A stretch of DNA of 64,000 nucleotides from Stegostoma tigrinum (Eukaryota): assembly GCF_030684315.1 (NCBI RefSeq), contig NC_081384.1:31148935-31212934 (forward strand), given 5' to 3'. The notes under the pieces were generated by a model. That model was given only the letters and a program-made list of their open reading frames with translations. It was not told the DNA's origin and did not search any database. The stretch's first letter is position 1; every line of letters starts with the position of its first letter. Positions 1-14,119 of this stretch are shown here, in pieces. The translations under genes were made by a program, and so were the position numbers.

Positions 1-359
1 TATTTTAATATTGGAGGGCATTTACCGCATGATGTTTTACCATATCATACTGTCATTATTAGTTAGCAGGAAATGACAAAGTATAATTTGACATGTTTGT
101 CAATGTATAGCATCTCCATTGCAGATGATGTTTCAACACAACATGAAACAAAATGTTCCTATAACTAATGATTTCAACATTTAGATGCTATTTAATTGCT
201 CCATATAGTTTATTTAAGCAGCGTTTGGCAATCAAGTTCAGCTACTGGGCATGTCATTGCAGTGCAAATGCCAGTATTTCTTAAGGGCAAGGTTTAAAAC
301 AAATCAGTAAATGATAAAGAAAGAGGAGTTGCAAGTATAATCAATTTTATTTTTCACAG

Positions 360-410
360 AACAATCGAACAAAGAAGACTGAAGAAATAGAGACATACCA
401 TATGTATGAG
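360..410 (+). CDS. CD79B: CD79B (Ig-beta) penultimate coding exon, NNRTKKTEEIETYHMYE; upstream exons lie outside the window
   Basis: ttttcacAG acceptor (358-359), GTatga donor (411), 51 nt phase 0/0; aligns with the mammalian CD79B exon ending ..EEDHTYE and splices in frame to 4426. Confidence 0.88.
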
Positions 411-1409
411 GTATGAAATAAATAAAGGGGAAAATTTTATTACTAATATTACCTAGTAGAAATGTAAGATATATGTATTGTTTCAGATATTTTTAATTAT
501 CTTGATCCAGTTATGCCAGTTTCACAAAGTATCTGTGATGTGAAATTGATCTGGCTGGATCAGAATCAGCCAATAGAAATTGATGACTTGCCACACATTG
601 TGGAGATTGCAACATCGTGTGATTATGTGCACAAATTTTGGATGAAGTCCCTTACGCACTTACAATGCAGGTATATGTACTTGAGAGGTCTTAAACACCC
701 ACAATCATTCTGTAACTAAAGAAATAATGCACTCACATTCTGCTTCTCATCTTATTTTAGCAACATAAGCACAACCAGGCACACATACACAAAAGCAAAA
801 TGCTGCAGACACTGGAAAACCGACACAAACGTAGAAACTGTTGGATATATTCAATAAGATTGGCAGCATCTGTGGAGAGAGGGTTAATAGTTTCAGGTTA
901 TGATCTTTTCACCAGATGAAATACACATACATGTCCCATGTGAATGAGTATAGAGATTACATGCTTAGTGGTAGTATGAATAATTTACTTTTTAGAATTT
1001 ATTGATGAGCAATGAAATTTGACACATTGGATTCCCAACCTGAGTTTGTGTAGGCTATTTAAACATTTAGATGTTCTAAACATGTCAGAGCAATTATACA
1101 GCATTGAATTTTTTAAATTTTACACTGAGTTTCAGGGCACTGGAGAATAAATACAAGATCAGCAACTCACAAAGTCCAGAAACATTACATTACACAATCC
1201 ACTCTCTTAATCAGTATTAAAAGTGATATTAATATATGTTCCACCAAATTGCAAACTGAATTGTTTCTGACGCCAAATATTTATCAAGCTAAAGTTATTG
1301 TTGCTTGGCTTTGCAAAGATTTAGCATGTTTTATTCTGTTCCTGAATGGCTATGCTTTTGCTAATCAAAATATTGCACAATGAGGTGTCTTAGCATTTTG
1401 AAAACTAGA

Positions 1410-1845
1410 GCCATAGAGATCTACAGCGCAGAAAAAGCCCCTTCGGCTCAACACGGCTCAAGCCCCTTCGGTCAAAAACAACCACCTGACTATTCTAATC
1501 TCATTTTCCAGCACTTGGCCCTTAGCCTTGTATGTCATGGCACTGCAAGTGTACATCTAATTACTTCTTAAATGTTAGGATGGTTTCTGCCTCCACCACC
1601 CTTACGGGCAATGAGTTACAGATTGTCAGCACCCTCTGAGTGAAAAGGGTCTTCCTCATATCCCTGCTAAGCCTTCAGTCCCTTACCTTAAAACTATGCC
1701 TCACTGTCATTGATCCTTCCATCAAGGAGAAAGGTTTCTCTGTCAAACCCGTCTACCCTCATAATTTTAAACATCCCAAACATGTTCCCTCTTAGTCTCG
1801 TCTGGACTAAGGAAAACAAACTCAGACTGTCCAATCTCTCTTCGT
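1410..1845 (-). mobile_element. CR1-type LINE 3' end remnant
   Basis: atagagatctacagcgcagaaaaagcccttcggc end resembles the reverse-complemented 3' tails of the other CR1 copies here (48790, 55148, 57165). Confidence 0.65.
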
Positions 1846-2329
1846 TAAACATTACGTTGCTCACATTCATGTTTTCTTGACATCAAAATAGATAGATATC
1901 TACGTGTATGTACAAACATTTGGAATTTAGCACATTTGTCACAAAGTATCAGCCACACTGGGGAAGAAATTCAGGACCACTTGTTAATTTCTCATTTGAC
2001 TGATTTCACTGAAACTGAGTGGGGTGTTTAACTGCCAGCCAATACGATACAACCTCAAGGTGAATTTCCACCCTGCAACATCTGTGTTACACTTGTTACT
2101 GATTGCTTTAAATATTGTGCAACAAATCTTAAACAAACAAAAGGATTAACGAACACACTAAAAGTATCAAAATGATCATTTCAAGCTTTTGTTTTTCTCA
2201 CTATGATAATCCGAACCCTTCTAAGTTGAAGAACTATCGTTGTACATGATGGTTTTTGTCTGGTTTTGAAATGGGCACTTTTTGGGTGAGGTGGTCAAGA
2301 TAATCACCCCACCGCAGTTTGCTGGGGAT

Positions 2330-3250
2330 GAATGTACTGTTCTAAACAATGCAATAAAACAAACTAACTAACTAAAAGAGCAACAATGCTTTGAAGGATG
2401 TTTCCGACAATGGAAAATCCCAACATGTTCAGATGGACAAGTGTAAATGAATTGTGTACATGAGCAGCCTATACAGAAAATCCCTTTGTGCAAAATGGAA
2501 TTGCCCAGATGGAACTTCTGCCAAAAAATTCAAACTGTGGGGCTGAGGTTCCTGAGGAATGTTTTGAAACCTGGTGTCAATGTAAAAGTCTGAACATGGG
2601 GTCGGATCTGACACAAATCCATCACATGCTTGAGCTGCCATCATACCGTGAGTAACATTAGGGCACGTGCGCCATGTTCTTCGGATTCTGGTTGGCTTTG
2701 AGCATAAGCAGGACATCTGAAGATCTGCTCCATATTGGTTCTTCTGGCTTCAACCTCCAATTTCTCCACCATTCAGTATGTCCATGTCTCTGGTCACCCT
2801 ACCAACCTGAGCCCCCACCTCACCTGCTAGGTGTACAAACTTGTATTGGTGAATGTGTGGATTCAGAAGCAGTGGCCCTCTGATGATAACAGCTATTCCT
2901 GTTGAAAAGAGCTCCAGCTGAGGCAACCATGTTCTGTACTTGACCAGCTCCTGATAAAAGACAGGCAATTCCTCTAAGGAGTCAGCTATCCCATGTCCAT
3001 AAACAGAAGCTACCTGTTGCAATTGAGGCTGTGTGCCTGGCAGAAAAAAAAATCACCTGTACACACCATCTAGGAAGGGCCTTGATGTAAAGATATCCAT
3101 CCAAAGGTAGAAGACTATCACCTGGGTGGGAAGGCACACCAGTGACTGACCAGCCTCCGTAAACAGGAAATTCAGTCCCTCAACAGTGACTCAGGATTGT
3201 TTTGTATCGGAAGTTTTATGGGCATCTTCTGGACTGGAAGTCTCAACTAT
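2330..3250 (-). mobile_element. Tx1/L1-clade LINE ORF2 C-terminal remnant with stops and frameshifts
   Basis: Minus-strand translations EAGQSLVCLPTQV, ELPVFYQELVKYRTW, PLLLNPH, RDFLYRLLMYTIHLH resemble the post-RT region of Tx1-like ORF2. Confidence 0.65.
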
Positions 3251-4425
3251 TTCCTGTCTAGAATATTAACCTGTCCCCAGACTAGATTTATTAGCAACTG
3301 CCAATCAACTGACTTCTTCCTTTTCATAATACGAGTTAGTGTCCAATTGTCTTCCTGTAAGTACTCATATAGTAGAATGAGATGTTATGGTTTTAAAGAG
3401 CTAGATCACATTAAACACAGTCAATTCAAAACAGTAATCCATTATGTTGACATTATAACACATAAAATCATATATCCTTCAACTTACTACGAATATCAGC
3501 AAACATCTTGTTACGATTTGTACTGTCCTTTTGAATTTTAAGTTTTTAAACTGTTTCAGATTTTTAATAAGCTTGCAGATATTATGTCATAATTGTTAAC
3601 GCTGTACTGCAAATTACATCACAGAAGATTATGGCTAGCACTGGCAGGTACATGACCTTTTAAATATAAGAGCTGATTTCCTCATGGGGGTTAGCATTCA
3701 TAATGGTGCTTCAACCAGAGGTCTGTAGTGCTCATTTTCTGTCTATTCAAATGAACCAAGGGAAAGTTTAACAGCAATAGACCAATCCATTGTGAGCTCC
3801 ACTTCTCCAGTGAGATCATCCAGCTGGAGAATCATCACTAGAGTTGACCACAAAAGTGGTAGCACAAAAAAAAACAAGCCTACCTGTCACAATATGTAAC
3901 ATCAGGGTAGGATATCTGTTTGATACATTTCTTCATTATATTGCATGTGTTTGTACTAAGTTCTTCCTTGCATCAGAGTTTTATAGATGACAATATAGTG
4001 TAAGCAGACTGAGCTCTCTTATCCAATAGAGCTGATCCTAATTTCTCTGTGATCATCCAAAGCTAATTGATGTTACTGAGTTGTGATTACTCATACTCAT
4101 CTTAAGTCTTCTAAATGATTGATGAGCGATTTAAGTTAGTACTTTAATGGAACAATCGTTCACTTATTTAAGTGAAACAGGTAACAAAATGATTTTTTAT
4201 GTTGAATTGTGGACAGCGTGGTGGTTTCGGTGAAGCACAGCAAATGGGACTAGATAAACTTATTGATATTGCCATAGCCCTTTAACATCACAAGAAACAT
4301 CTTAATGTTTTCTCTGTGGACGTAGGTTAGACTTAACAGTGGTATCTAAGTTGAGGTGTTTATGTGGGTGTATTGAAAGTTGCTTACATTTCTTTTAAAA
4401 GAAAATCTATTTTGTTTCATTTTAG

Positions 4426-4521
4426 GGTTTGGAAGTAATGCAGACAGCAATGTATGAAGATATCGGCAATGTCAGACTAGCAGATGCTAAATGGACAGTT
4501 GGCGAGCAACCTAAGGAATAA
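4426..4521 (+). CDS. CD79B: CD79B last coding exon, GLEVMQTAMYEDIGNVRLADAKWTVGEQPKE*
   Basis: Pyrimidine tract plus tttAG acceptor; matches the human C-terminus GLDIDQTATYEDIVTLRTGEVKWSVGEHPGQE; completes ITAM YEGL-x7-YEDI; CD79B is the known upstream neighbour of GH. Confidence 0.93.
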   Translation, partial: GLEVMQTAMYEDIGNVRLADAKWTVGEQPKE

Positions 4522-7308
4522 ATTCCACAATTATCTCATTGCTCACTTGCATTACAAACCTATACCAATGTTCCCATGAACGATATTTTCAAAGAAATCC
4601 TATTACTGCTATAAGAATCAACTTGAAGAAAATGGTCAAGGTGGCTTACAGAAGTGATTTTTGGTTCCCAGTTGACACTTCAGTCAAGTCTAAATGTATG
4701 AGGCAGCAACATTAAAAGCCCTAAATTTTGCAGATCACCCCTTGCCTATCCACAAGCATGTATAAACTGTTTTGTTTGCCTTTTGTACTTTAACATTGGG
4801 AATATTTAATTGAGTCTTAATTATATGAAGAGGCTTCTAAATGTTGGGGATATCTATTGCTGATTTGTAGGGAAATTGTCTGCACAGTTTAATCGAGCGA
4901 TTGATATATTTCATCAACTTAGAGCTGTTTACTAACCACATTGCATGTAGCATTATGGATAGTCAGGAAAATTATTGATATGTGCACAGTTATTTGTATT
5001 GGTGCATATACCATCCAAAATAATGAAGGGTACAACACCAGTTAAAGATTTTATCCTTTTGATAACCCTTATTTTGTCAGCTGAGTGTAAAGTTGTCTAT
5101 TACATCAAGATGAGATAATGTGCATAATAGAGGAGACTACAGGTATTGTTAATATGGGAAAATATCTTTCTTTTTCCATAGATCAAAAATTAGGGAAAAT
5201 TAACAGTTAACCTGATATAATTTATACAAATTTTCACCTGATGTGAGGCATGTTATAAGGACTTTTTAAAGGGTTGATGTGATCCCTGAACAATATGGGA
5301 CACTTTGAGTAGCTTGTCAAAGTCATCTTAAGCTGAAAACATTACAGAAAAAACACACCCCAAACCACATAGCTTTTCTGTAAATTAGACAGCATTACAG
5401 GCTAGACAGAGGTGTTTCTTTTCTGGTAATTTGTTGACTTCTAATTATTTTTCTATCACGTGGTCACAGATGTCAGTTTTTAGTGACAAAATCAAGTTAT
5501 TCATCCAATAATGATACGGTACGAACTGATTTTCAACAATGATGTTTGGATCTATTTTAAGGAAATTTGAATGTGTATATATTGTACAAATAATTGAATG
5601 AGAATCTTGCTATTATTACTAACAATGTGCTAATTAAAAATATATGTATGCTTGAAATTAACAACGTGTTCACCTCCATGCTTTAGAATTCAAGGAAAAA
5701 TGTAAATTCAAGGAGTTTGTTTAATTGTTCTTTATTTGGAATCTGTGATCACTTACCCACTTTTAAGTGCACTTCTTCAAAGGGTAACTGTATGTAGCCT
5801 AATTATAAATGATTGAAAATCATTTCATGCTTTACTTTTTTTAATTCTTATGAGCTGTCAATAGGTGCAGACAAGAACATGAGGCTTACCAAGCCCACTC
5901 ATTGCAGGCAGCAAGACAACTTCACAGAGTTTACCCTTCTCTCAATGCTTTAGAGATGACCTAGTGCATATTCCTTCTTACATTGTAGTTTGCAAAATAA
6001 TTAAAGGAAAGAAGCGTGATCCCACAAGCCAACCCCTGTCTCAGAGGTCGTATACACTCCAAATGTTTCACGCTCAAACATATAAATGCCCATTAAATTC
6101 TAGATTATTTATTTGTTGTTATTTTTAATAATTTGCATGAATCTATTAGTTGTGAATGAAAATAATGTTCTATTTATTATCCCGAAGTTACTTCTTTGTC
6201 CTTTATCACCGTAAACTATTTGTTTGAATTTAATTTGCCAACAATTTTTAAAACTGCTGTTAGTTTGATGCTGTACATACCCCATCTTTTCAATAGATAA
6301 AAAGGATTTAAACAACTAGAAAGTTCCACGGTTTCTATTAAACATTAAACATAAAGGAATTCTATTTAAACATTGCTTTCTAAGTTGAAGCATAGTTTTG
6401 CACCTTCAGACAGGGGGGCAAAAAAGCAAATTAATGCAAATATTTTTTGCTTCCTGTGAGGTAATCGTTAACATTTATCACCAAGTGATGATGTCACACT
6501 GCTGGCTGCTGCTTGCTAAAACGCACAGGGACAAAATAAAAACCAATATAGGATAGTTTTTTTACATTGGAAATTTTATCAAAACAGGTTTTCACAAGCA
6601 ACTTAGCAGAAACAGAGGTTTTCTCTGTATTAATGGCTATCCTGTGAACTAGTGCAAGTGAAATAGTATAAAAATGCACCTAACTTGCTGCCTTCAATGT
6701 AATTTCAGCCAGTAGGAGGCAGTGTTTCATCATGCTGTGGTAGCATACACTCCAATGGCTTCTTTTAGTAAGTGCAAAATAATTGGCTTTCTTTGCGTCA
6801 TTTATCTATATGTAGAGATATAGTGAAAGTAACTGAAGTAGAAATTAATTATTCGTGTTAGTTATGTCCATTAAGTGGAAATCTGATAGGGATTGGAGTA
6901 ATCCTTTTAAAGTGAAAATACTTTCTTTTTGGAAATCTTTGGTAGATAACTAAAGCAATTTCTAAACAAAGTAACCTTACTGTTTATCCATTTATACAAT
7001 GAACACAATGATGAATTGCCAAGGAATATCTGATCGACATATTTTGGTTTACCAAATAACTTGAGTGTTTCAACAGGAACTTTAAAATTCAGTGGATTTT
7101 TCCTGTTATTGCACTTCTATTGTAGATTTTAAATAAATGGATATGCTGACAGAATGTGTAACCTGCATTTCTGCAACCTGCTATCAGATACAACCTATGA
7201 TCAAACTCTAAGCTAGAGTGATGGGATGAGAGTATAAATTTTCCATTGACATAGTTTTTAATGATAACTTGAAGCTTGTAATTGATTTCTATTTGTGTTG
7301 CTGCTCAA

Positions 7309-8165
7309 TTTTATGACCCCAGCTGATGGTAATACTGAAGAAGTCAGATCGGAAAGTGAAAGCTGTCTTGATAGACCATTTTTTAAAATTTTTGTTTCTG
7401 TTTACGTGGTAGTCAGCCACTGCACATATTCACAGGAGGCAAGCAATTTATTTTTAACAAAAGAATATAAATTTTAAAAACAACAGGAATAATATGTGGA
7501 CAATATCACATTGTACATGAACTATTCAAATTATTAAAACCGTACAGTCTCTCAAACCTGATTGAAGATTCTCCCTGGCTCCATGTTAAAGCTTCTTACT
7601 CAGCTGGAACAGCTTAAATCTGTTTCTGTTTGGCAAATTTCTGCTTTGCATTCATTCAATGTTATTTTGTTTAGGTATTGTATCTCCTTGAAACCCTTAA
7701 ATTAAACAGCTCAGCCAGCTCACATACTAGTTAACTGTATTCCTAAAACTTATGTCTTCAACAGTCTTGTAGAATATTTTCTCTCTGACACCTTCGTAGC
7801 CTCCTGCTTCTGAAACATACTTCCCAGTCATTTTATACATTTTAAGGGGCTTTTGTCCAGCCAAAATTGCTTAAACACAGGTACATTCCCTCTGCTATTA
7901 CGAAGCACTGCTCTCTGAATGAATCTACTTGTGATCCTGCTCTTTCTCTGTTTCTCTGGGTCATAAAACTCAATTGGCAACCACCCTAGCAATATTTCCC
8001 CTGGTGGCTTGCTGGTTATTTAGCTAAAATCTTATCCATTCTGGAAAAAATGGCTTTGAACTCTGGAATCAAAATGACTTTCTGACATTAAAAAACAAGT
8101 CATTTTTCCTCTGCTTTAGAACCCAACTTCCCAAATAAAAAAGTCTAAATCTTGAATTATACCAC
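7309..8165. repeat. Left LTR of the Gypsy relic; boundaries approximate
   Basis: tgaccccagctgatggtaatactg and ctctgggtcataaaactcaa...ccctagcaatatttcccctgg align with the corresponding parts of 15419-16241. Confidence 0.6.
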
Positions 8166-10517
8166 CTCAGAAAAGTTGCATATCTATCTTTAAGAATATT
8201 TTAACTTCCTATTGTATTTTCCTCCAATCACTATTACTATTTTACTAACATATTTCGTTTGGACACTATAAATATATTTATATTTAATGGGGAAGGACTT
8301 TCCATATCAATCATATTCTACACAACTCTACTTGATCATGACATTGTTTCTCCATAACTTCTTGATAAAATAGTGTCATCTTCTTAATAAATGATTTCCA
8401 AATTGTATGCATGTAGCATTAAAGTCCAATGAAACAATCCCAGACTTTTGCTATTACATGTAGAGGATAATATCCATGCAAGTAAGTCTCTGAGGAGTAA
8501 TTAAATATATAACCTTCAAAATGTTTTGGAGCCAATATCAAACTTTTTTTTCAATTGCTGAATACATTTGTTGGCACAAATCCAGTTATCCTTTAGAAAA
8601 AGAACTGACTGGCCATTTGATCCCCATGTTAGCCTCGTAATGAAACTGCATCAGCTATTTTAAATGGCATGGTTTAATTCTACCAAAACCAGTGTTAATG
8701 TCAACTTTCATGCTGTCAAAGGCACACTGACATTCCTCTATCCATTCTAATTTCTTGACTTTCTTTAAGAAGCTTGTTAGTGGAGCTGAAGATCAGAACA
8801 AATTTCCAATAAAATCTACTCATGCGTATCATTTTTGTCTTAAGCACAGGAAAATCAAGAAAGTCCATATTTTTGCCTTTCTGGATGATATGGCTTTGTA
8901 GTTTGATCCAAGTAAGTTACTTTCACTTAAACAAAACGACTTTTTGCCAAGTTTATGCGCAAATTGGCCCTTTGATCAAATAATGTTCCAAGTTTTTTTG
9001 AACATAAATCATCAGTTTATACAGGACAGTTCAATGGCCTTTGTTGTTTAATTTCTTTGAACTTGCTCAATCATTTTTCAATGCAAATTGCATGAGTTTA
9101 CATTGATAAAGTTCATTTAGGGTCACAGTGGCTGAGAGGTCTTTGTACGAATGAATGGAATTTGCTGAGTTTTCTTAAATCACTTTTTGCAAAAATCCAT
9201 GCTTGTCCAATCCTTCTAGTACAGTACTCAAATGCTCCTGTGTCAAAGTTGCAATAATCAATGCAATATCATTGTGATCCACATGGTTTCAACATTGTCA
9301 CAAAATGTGAATTCCAGATATTATGACTTGGTTGAATAATGTAATTTTCTATCATGAGCTTGCTTTTTGCTCTCACTTCTGCAAAACTCTCTGGGATGAG
9401 TCTGTAAGTATGTTTCTTTAACTTCATGTAGGCAAAGATATTTTCCCCTATTTATTTATGCAATGGATTCCTGATTGAATATTAGCTTCTTAAGTCACCT
9501 CAAAATTTGTCTGGGAGAGAGTACAATATTTCTTCACTTCCACATTATTCAATCTGATTACTGTGGGGCTAACATTTAATCTCTAATTCATTTCACTGTT
9601 TACTTCTTTAGCTACTATAAGTATACTTCTCTTCCAATAATCCTTACGGTCATTATATTGGTTTAACATTAACATAACACGCTTGCTGATTCTTTCTTGT
9701 GTCAGGGGCACTCACTGCATGATTCACATCAATGGGTCTCTTATTGAATTGATATAGTCCAGCAAACACTGCTTTTAATGGTTGCGTAGAAGCAAGTAAA
9801 AATATAGCACCTTACCTCTGGCAGCACAATTTTGAACTTAGGCCCATTTTTTAACTGTTTTCATTATTGAACACCTTTTTGGTCAAATCACAAGCTTTGC
9901 TTGGTTTCTGTTTGAAACTAAACACTTAGGTTGTAAGTGGAGACTCCTCATAAACTTTTCTTCAATTTGTAGGGTTGTCTCATCTCATGCCCATGAGTCA
10001 GTTCAAGAGAACAGAATCCTGTGGACTAATTAGAAACTTCCCAACTGGTAAACAGCAACAATATAATTTTTTTTTATCCCAAACATTAGGATAATCCTGA
10101 CATTAGGCTCCAATCAAACTTTATAAAGTTTGATTCTGGAAGTTAAGCAGAAGGTGTAAACTGCTCTATCACCAACAATTCATTTTTTTATGCATTTGAA
10201 ACATAAAATTTGATTCTTGAGCTGATTACAGTTCTGTGTGTAATTCATGTTTTGAAATAAAATTGGATTAATTTTTCCAATACTTTTTAATAAATATTCG
10301 CCAAATGTACTCTCTCAGAAAATCTTGTTAGATTATCCATTATTGTTAACAGATACTGATTCCCACATCTGGTTCACACTCAATCGCTCAAAGTCATGCT
10401 GAATTATTCTTCAAAAACTGATATCAGAATTAAAGAAACGAGTTTCAATTATGTTGTAGTTCATTACCTCTTTATCTTTTAAATAGTTGGTTAGGGAATC
10501 AGGAATTGGTTCTGATT

Positions 10518-11164
10518 TGATATGAACCAGACCATACCCCCTCAAAATACATTCAGAAGATTTCTAGATGCTGACTTTTTCCCACGTTATAGTTAAGTGT
10601 AGGTGTGGTGTTCCAGATGCAACTCAATTGGTCAAAATACTTGACACTTTATTTTTACACTGTCGTTAAAAAACAGACAAAATAAAAATAAAAAGAATTG
10701 GCTTAACTATAACTATCAAAATGCTTAACAAACTAACAGATATATTAACTAATACTAATTAACTGTTCCAATATAGTAACATCTCAAACACACCTTGGCA
10801 AAAAAGAAACTTCAGTAAAATAGATTGTCTTGCAGGCAATTCTACAGTGCAGGATGAAAAACATCAAGAGAAAACTTCGGGAGAGAGACAGTGGCAGGGT
10901 GAGATGTACCACAGCTTCCAAACCCAGTTTCAAGACTCCAATAACTACTAGTGAAAAACTAAAACTAAAATCTTGGCTCTGGGGGAGCTTGCCTCACCTA
11001 TTCAAGCTATTTCTATTGTTCTGAACTTTTAAAAAAAACTGAAAGGCCTCACATGCTGTTTGCATTATTGGATTCAAATAGACAGTTCTCCACCTCTGTC
11101 TTAAAACCTCTCTTCAAAGCAAAAACCAGGACAAAATATGACTTTTAAAGCCATAATGTCATAA
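10518..11164. mobile_element. Solo LTR of a second family nested in the Gypsy relic
   Basis: Both ends are reverse-complement similar to the ends of the solo LTR at 52114-52683. Confidence 0.6.
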
Positions 11165-13129
11165 TGTCAATTTTTGAGTGGCTAAATTGTTGCAGTTGTC
11201 TCAGAATACATTTGTTGCACTTCTATTAAAGGAGCTAGGCTGGTATGTTTAGTCTGTCAGCATCGTCATCTTTACCCTAATCAATTTTACTTATGTTTTT
11301 GAAAGAAGTATCAGCTGACTGCTTTTCCACATAATCTCCCTTTTGCATACACTGTTTCTGTTCCTGTCTGATTCTATGGATTCTGATGTTCAGTCACAAC
11401 ACAGTTAGAAAATAATCCAGGATATTCCTTCTGGCATTCTCTGTTTCTTTTTGCATCTTCCAATTGCTCCAACAACCTCAATGACATCAGCATTTGTGAA
11501 CTGGCCAAGTCATTCCCCATGATAAATTTATCATTTCTATAGGGATTAGTTGCACTACTACAACTAAAACTTCTCCACTAAAACATTCTCCAGTCTAATG
11601 GGATTGGTTTGAAACCTCAATATATTGCCTCCAATTAGTATTTTCTCCTTCAATGACCCCACTGGATTTATTTCATCAGCCAGCATCAATGATTGTCCTG
11701 CTTCAGTGTCTCGCTATTTTTATTCGATTTCCCCTTGTTTAGAAGAATTAGAAACTATCACTTCTTTTTGAAAAATACATATTCAGAACATCCAGTGTTC
11801 TTAATTGCTTTGGCATTACTCAAGGAAGATGTTTCTTAACTCCCAGAAACCAGCTGCACCTTCTTGGTGGGTCCTGGTGAGACACATTCCATCTATGGTA
11901 CTGCTACAGATTTAATATTAATTTTCTCTTCTGATCCACCCTTTTTTGGTTTTTTTAAGGTATTCCTGTGCTTCAACATGTTCCTCATTCAGTTTTTAGC
12001 AATTAACTTTAGTATGCCCACTCGTATTGCAATAAAAGCCCGTTATGTTCTTTATACCAGTTCTAGATTTAAGCCTTTCTGCTTTATTGGTTTGGTGCTC
12101 TGGTGTTTATTACTTTAACCCAACACCTTTACTATCCACAGCCTTTCTATTTCAGCCATTTTATTGTTGATTCCTCAATGAACATGTGAAAAATTACCTC
12201 ATCTCGAATCTTTGAGACTTGATACTCATCTATACACGTTAAAGTGTTGCCAAAAATCATTTTAGAATTCTTCCCTAATGATGATTTCCCTCACATCCTA
12301 ACTTTTCTGACTTCTTCAGTGAATAAAACTACTGAAACCAGAGTGTTTCTTTTTCTCTGTCAAACTTTATAAATGTCAGGTTAAGTTTCTTTCTTATAGT
12401 TCCATACTTTAACTGATAATCTCCAGAGACAAGCATTTGATTGCCTTTTTTTTAACAGCTTCGTAGTCTGCAGACTGCTGTTCTGATACACTGGCTGATT
12501 TAATCCGTACACTCTGTGATATAAAGGTTAAAGCATCTGTTGCCCGTTTCAACTACACAGGTATCTTTTCAAAAGAAATTAAATATCTTTCAATTCCATC
12601 TTTAAAATTTAAACACTAAATGAAGATTTTTAGTTAAATCAAATCACTCATTGTAATCATAATCATCCTCTGAATTCCTATCTTTTCTGTTGTTACTTTA
12701 ACCTTTTCTCTAGCCAAATATTATCTGAGATCTCTGCTTTGATTTTCAAGCTTCTTATATGTTCTTTTTCTTTATTTTTCTTTCTCCTCTCCTTCCAATT
12801 CTCTTTGTTTTTTGGTCTCATCTCTTGCAATTCAAGTTTTCTTACTTCTTTTTCTCTTTTTCTCAGGCTCCTTCAATTTCACTTTTTTTCATTTCTAACT
12901 AAATATTAACCAAATCCTTACAAGAAAATCCTTTTAATTTTTACCTTCCATTTATCTAGTAATTCTTGCTTAGCTTAGCCTTAGTCAAAAATTTCAAATA
13001 ATCCACTGTCACAACATTTATTCCCAGTAGAATATTAGCAATAGTCAAAAACATTCTAAAATTCCAGTTCTTGTCACATATCAATTTGTTACAATATCCA
13101 TTACAAACTCACTACTTCCACAGTTACTA

Positions 13130-14080
13130 GGAGTATATTCCTTAACACCCTGCTTCCTGTAAGGACTCCATCCCATTCTCCTAGTTTCTTCTTTTCCATT
13201 ACATCTGTCCCAATGATGCCACCTTCAGCAAAGGGACCTTAGAAATGTGCAATTTTTTCCTCAAACAAGGATTCCCTGCTACCATAGTTGACAGAGTCCT
13301 TAGCCATGTTTGACACATCTCCCACTCTTCTGCCTCCACTCATTTGTTTCTTTCTCATAATTATGGTATAGTCCCCTTGCTGCTCAGCTACCATCCCACC
13401 AGCATCCACATCCATAGGATCATAAGTCATCATAGGGGAGGCAATGGCTTGGTGGTATTATCTCTGGACTGTTAATCCAGAGACCCAGATAATGTTTTGG
13501 GGACCTGGGTTCAAATCCTGACACTGTAGATGGTGGAATTTGAATTCAATAAATATTTGGAATTAACAGTCTAATGAAACCATGAATCCATTGTCAATTG
13601 TTGGAAAAACCCATCTGGGTCACTAATGTCCTTTAGGAAGGAAACTGCTATCCTTACCTGGTCTGGCCTACATGTGACTCCAGCCCCATTGCAGTGTGGT
13701 TGACTCTTAGCTGCCCCTTGGGCAATTAGGAATGGGCAATAAATGCTGCCTGGCCAGTGACGCCCTCATCCTGTTAATGAATTTTTACAAAATTCTGTCA
13801 CATCCAGCTGGATGCCATGTCCAGACACATAGTCCCCTCCCATCTTTGTCAGCATTCCACAGGAACTGTTCCCTGCAAGTCACGCTGGTCCACTCCTCCT
13901 GTTACACCAACAACTCCTCGCATTTCCCCATGCAATCACAGAAGGTGTAACATCTGCCCATTTACCTCCTCCCTCCTCACAATCCAAGGCGCCAGAAGCT
14001 ACCTTTCAGATGAAGCAGCCATATACTTGTACTTCATTCAATCTTGTTTACTGTATTCATTGTCTACAGTGCAGAGGAGA
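13130..14080 (+). mobile_element. Penelope-like element ORF fragment, split by a SINE
   Basis: KDSIPFS-like motif near 13160 and PCNHRRCNICPFTSSLLTIQG in ORF 13817-14083; homologous to the minus-strand relic at 34760-35450. Confidence 0.7.
13435..13783 (+). mobile_element. tRNA-derived SINE with L2-like tail (SacSINE1-like)
   Basis: A box tggcttggtgg, B box ggttcaaatcc, 3' end gggcaataaatgctgcctggccagtgacgccc..atgaat. Confidence 0.7.
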
Positions 14081-14119
14081 TGAAACACAGACTCTCTCTC
14101 TCTTTTCACACTCACTCTA

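Noticed and set aside
2429-3022. Minus-strand ORFs resembling an enzyme gene nested in the CD79B intron
   Set aside because: Stops and frameshifts, with motifs better explained by Tx1/L1 ORF2.
13435-13520. tRNA-like A/B boxes here and at 20128, 25570, 32370 and 36822
   Set aside because: No cloverleaf could be built and they continue into SINE bodies or are decayed; SINE heads, not tRNA genes.
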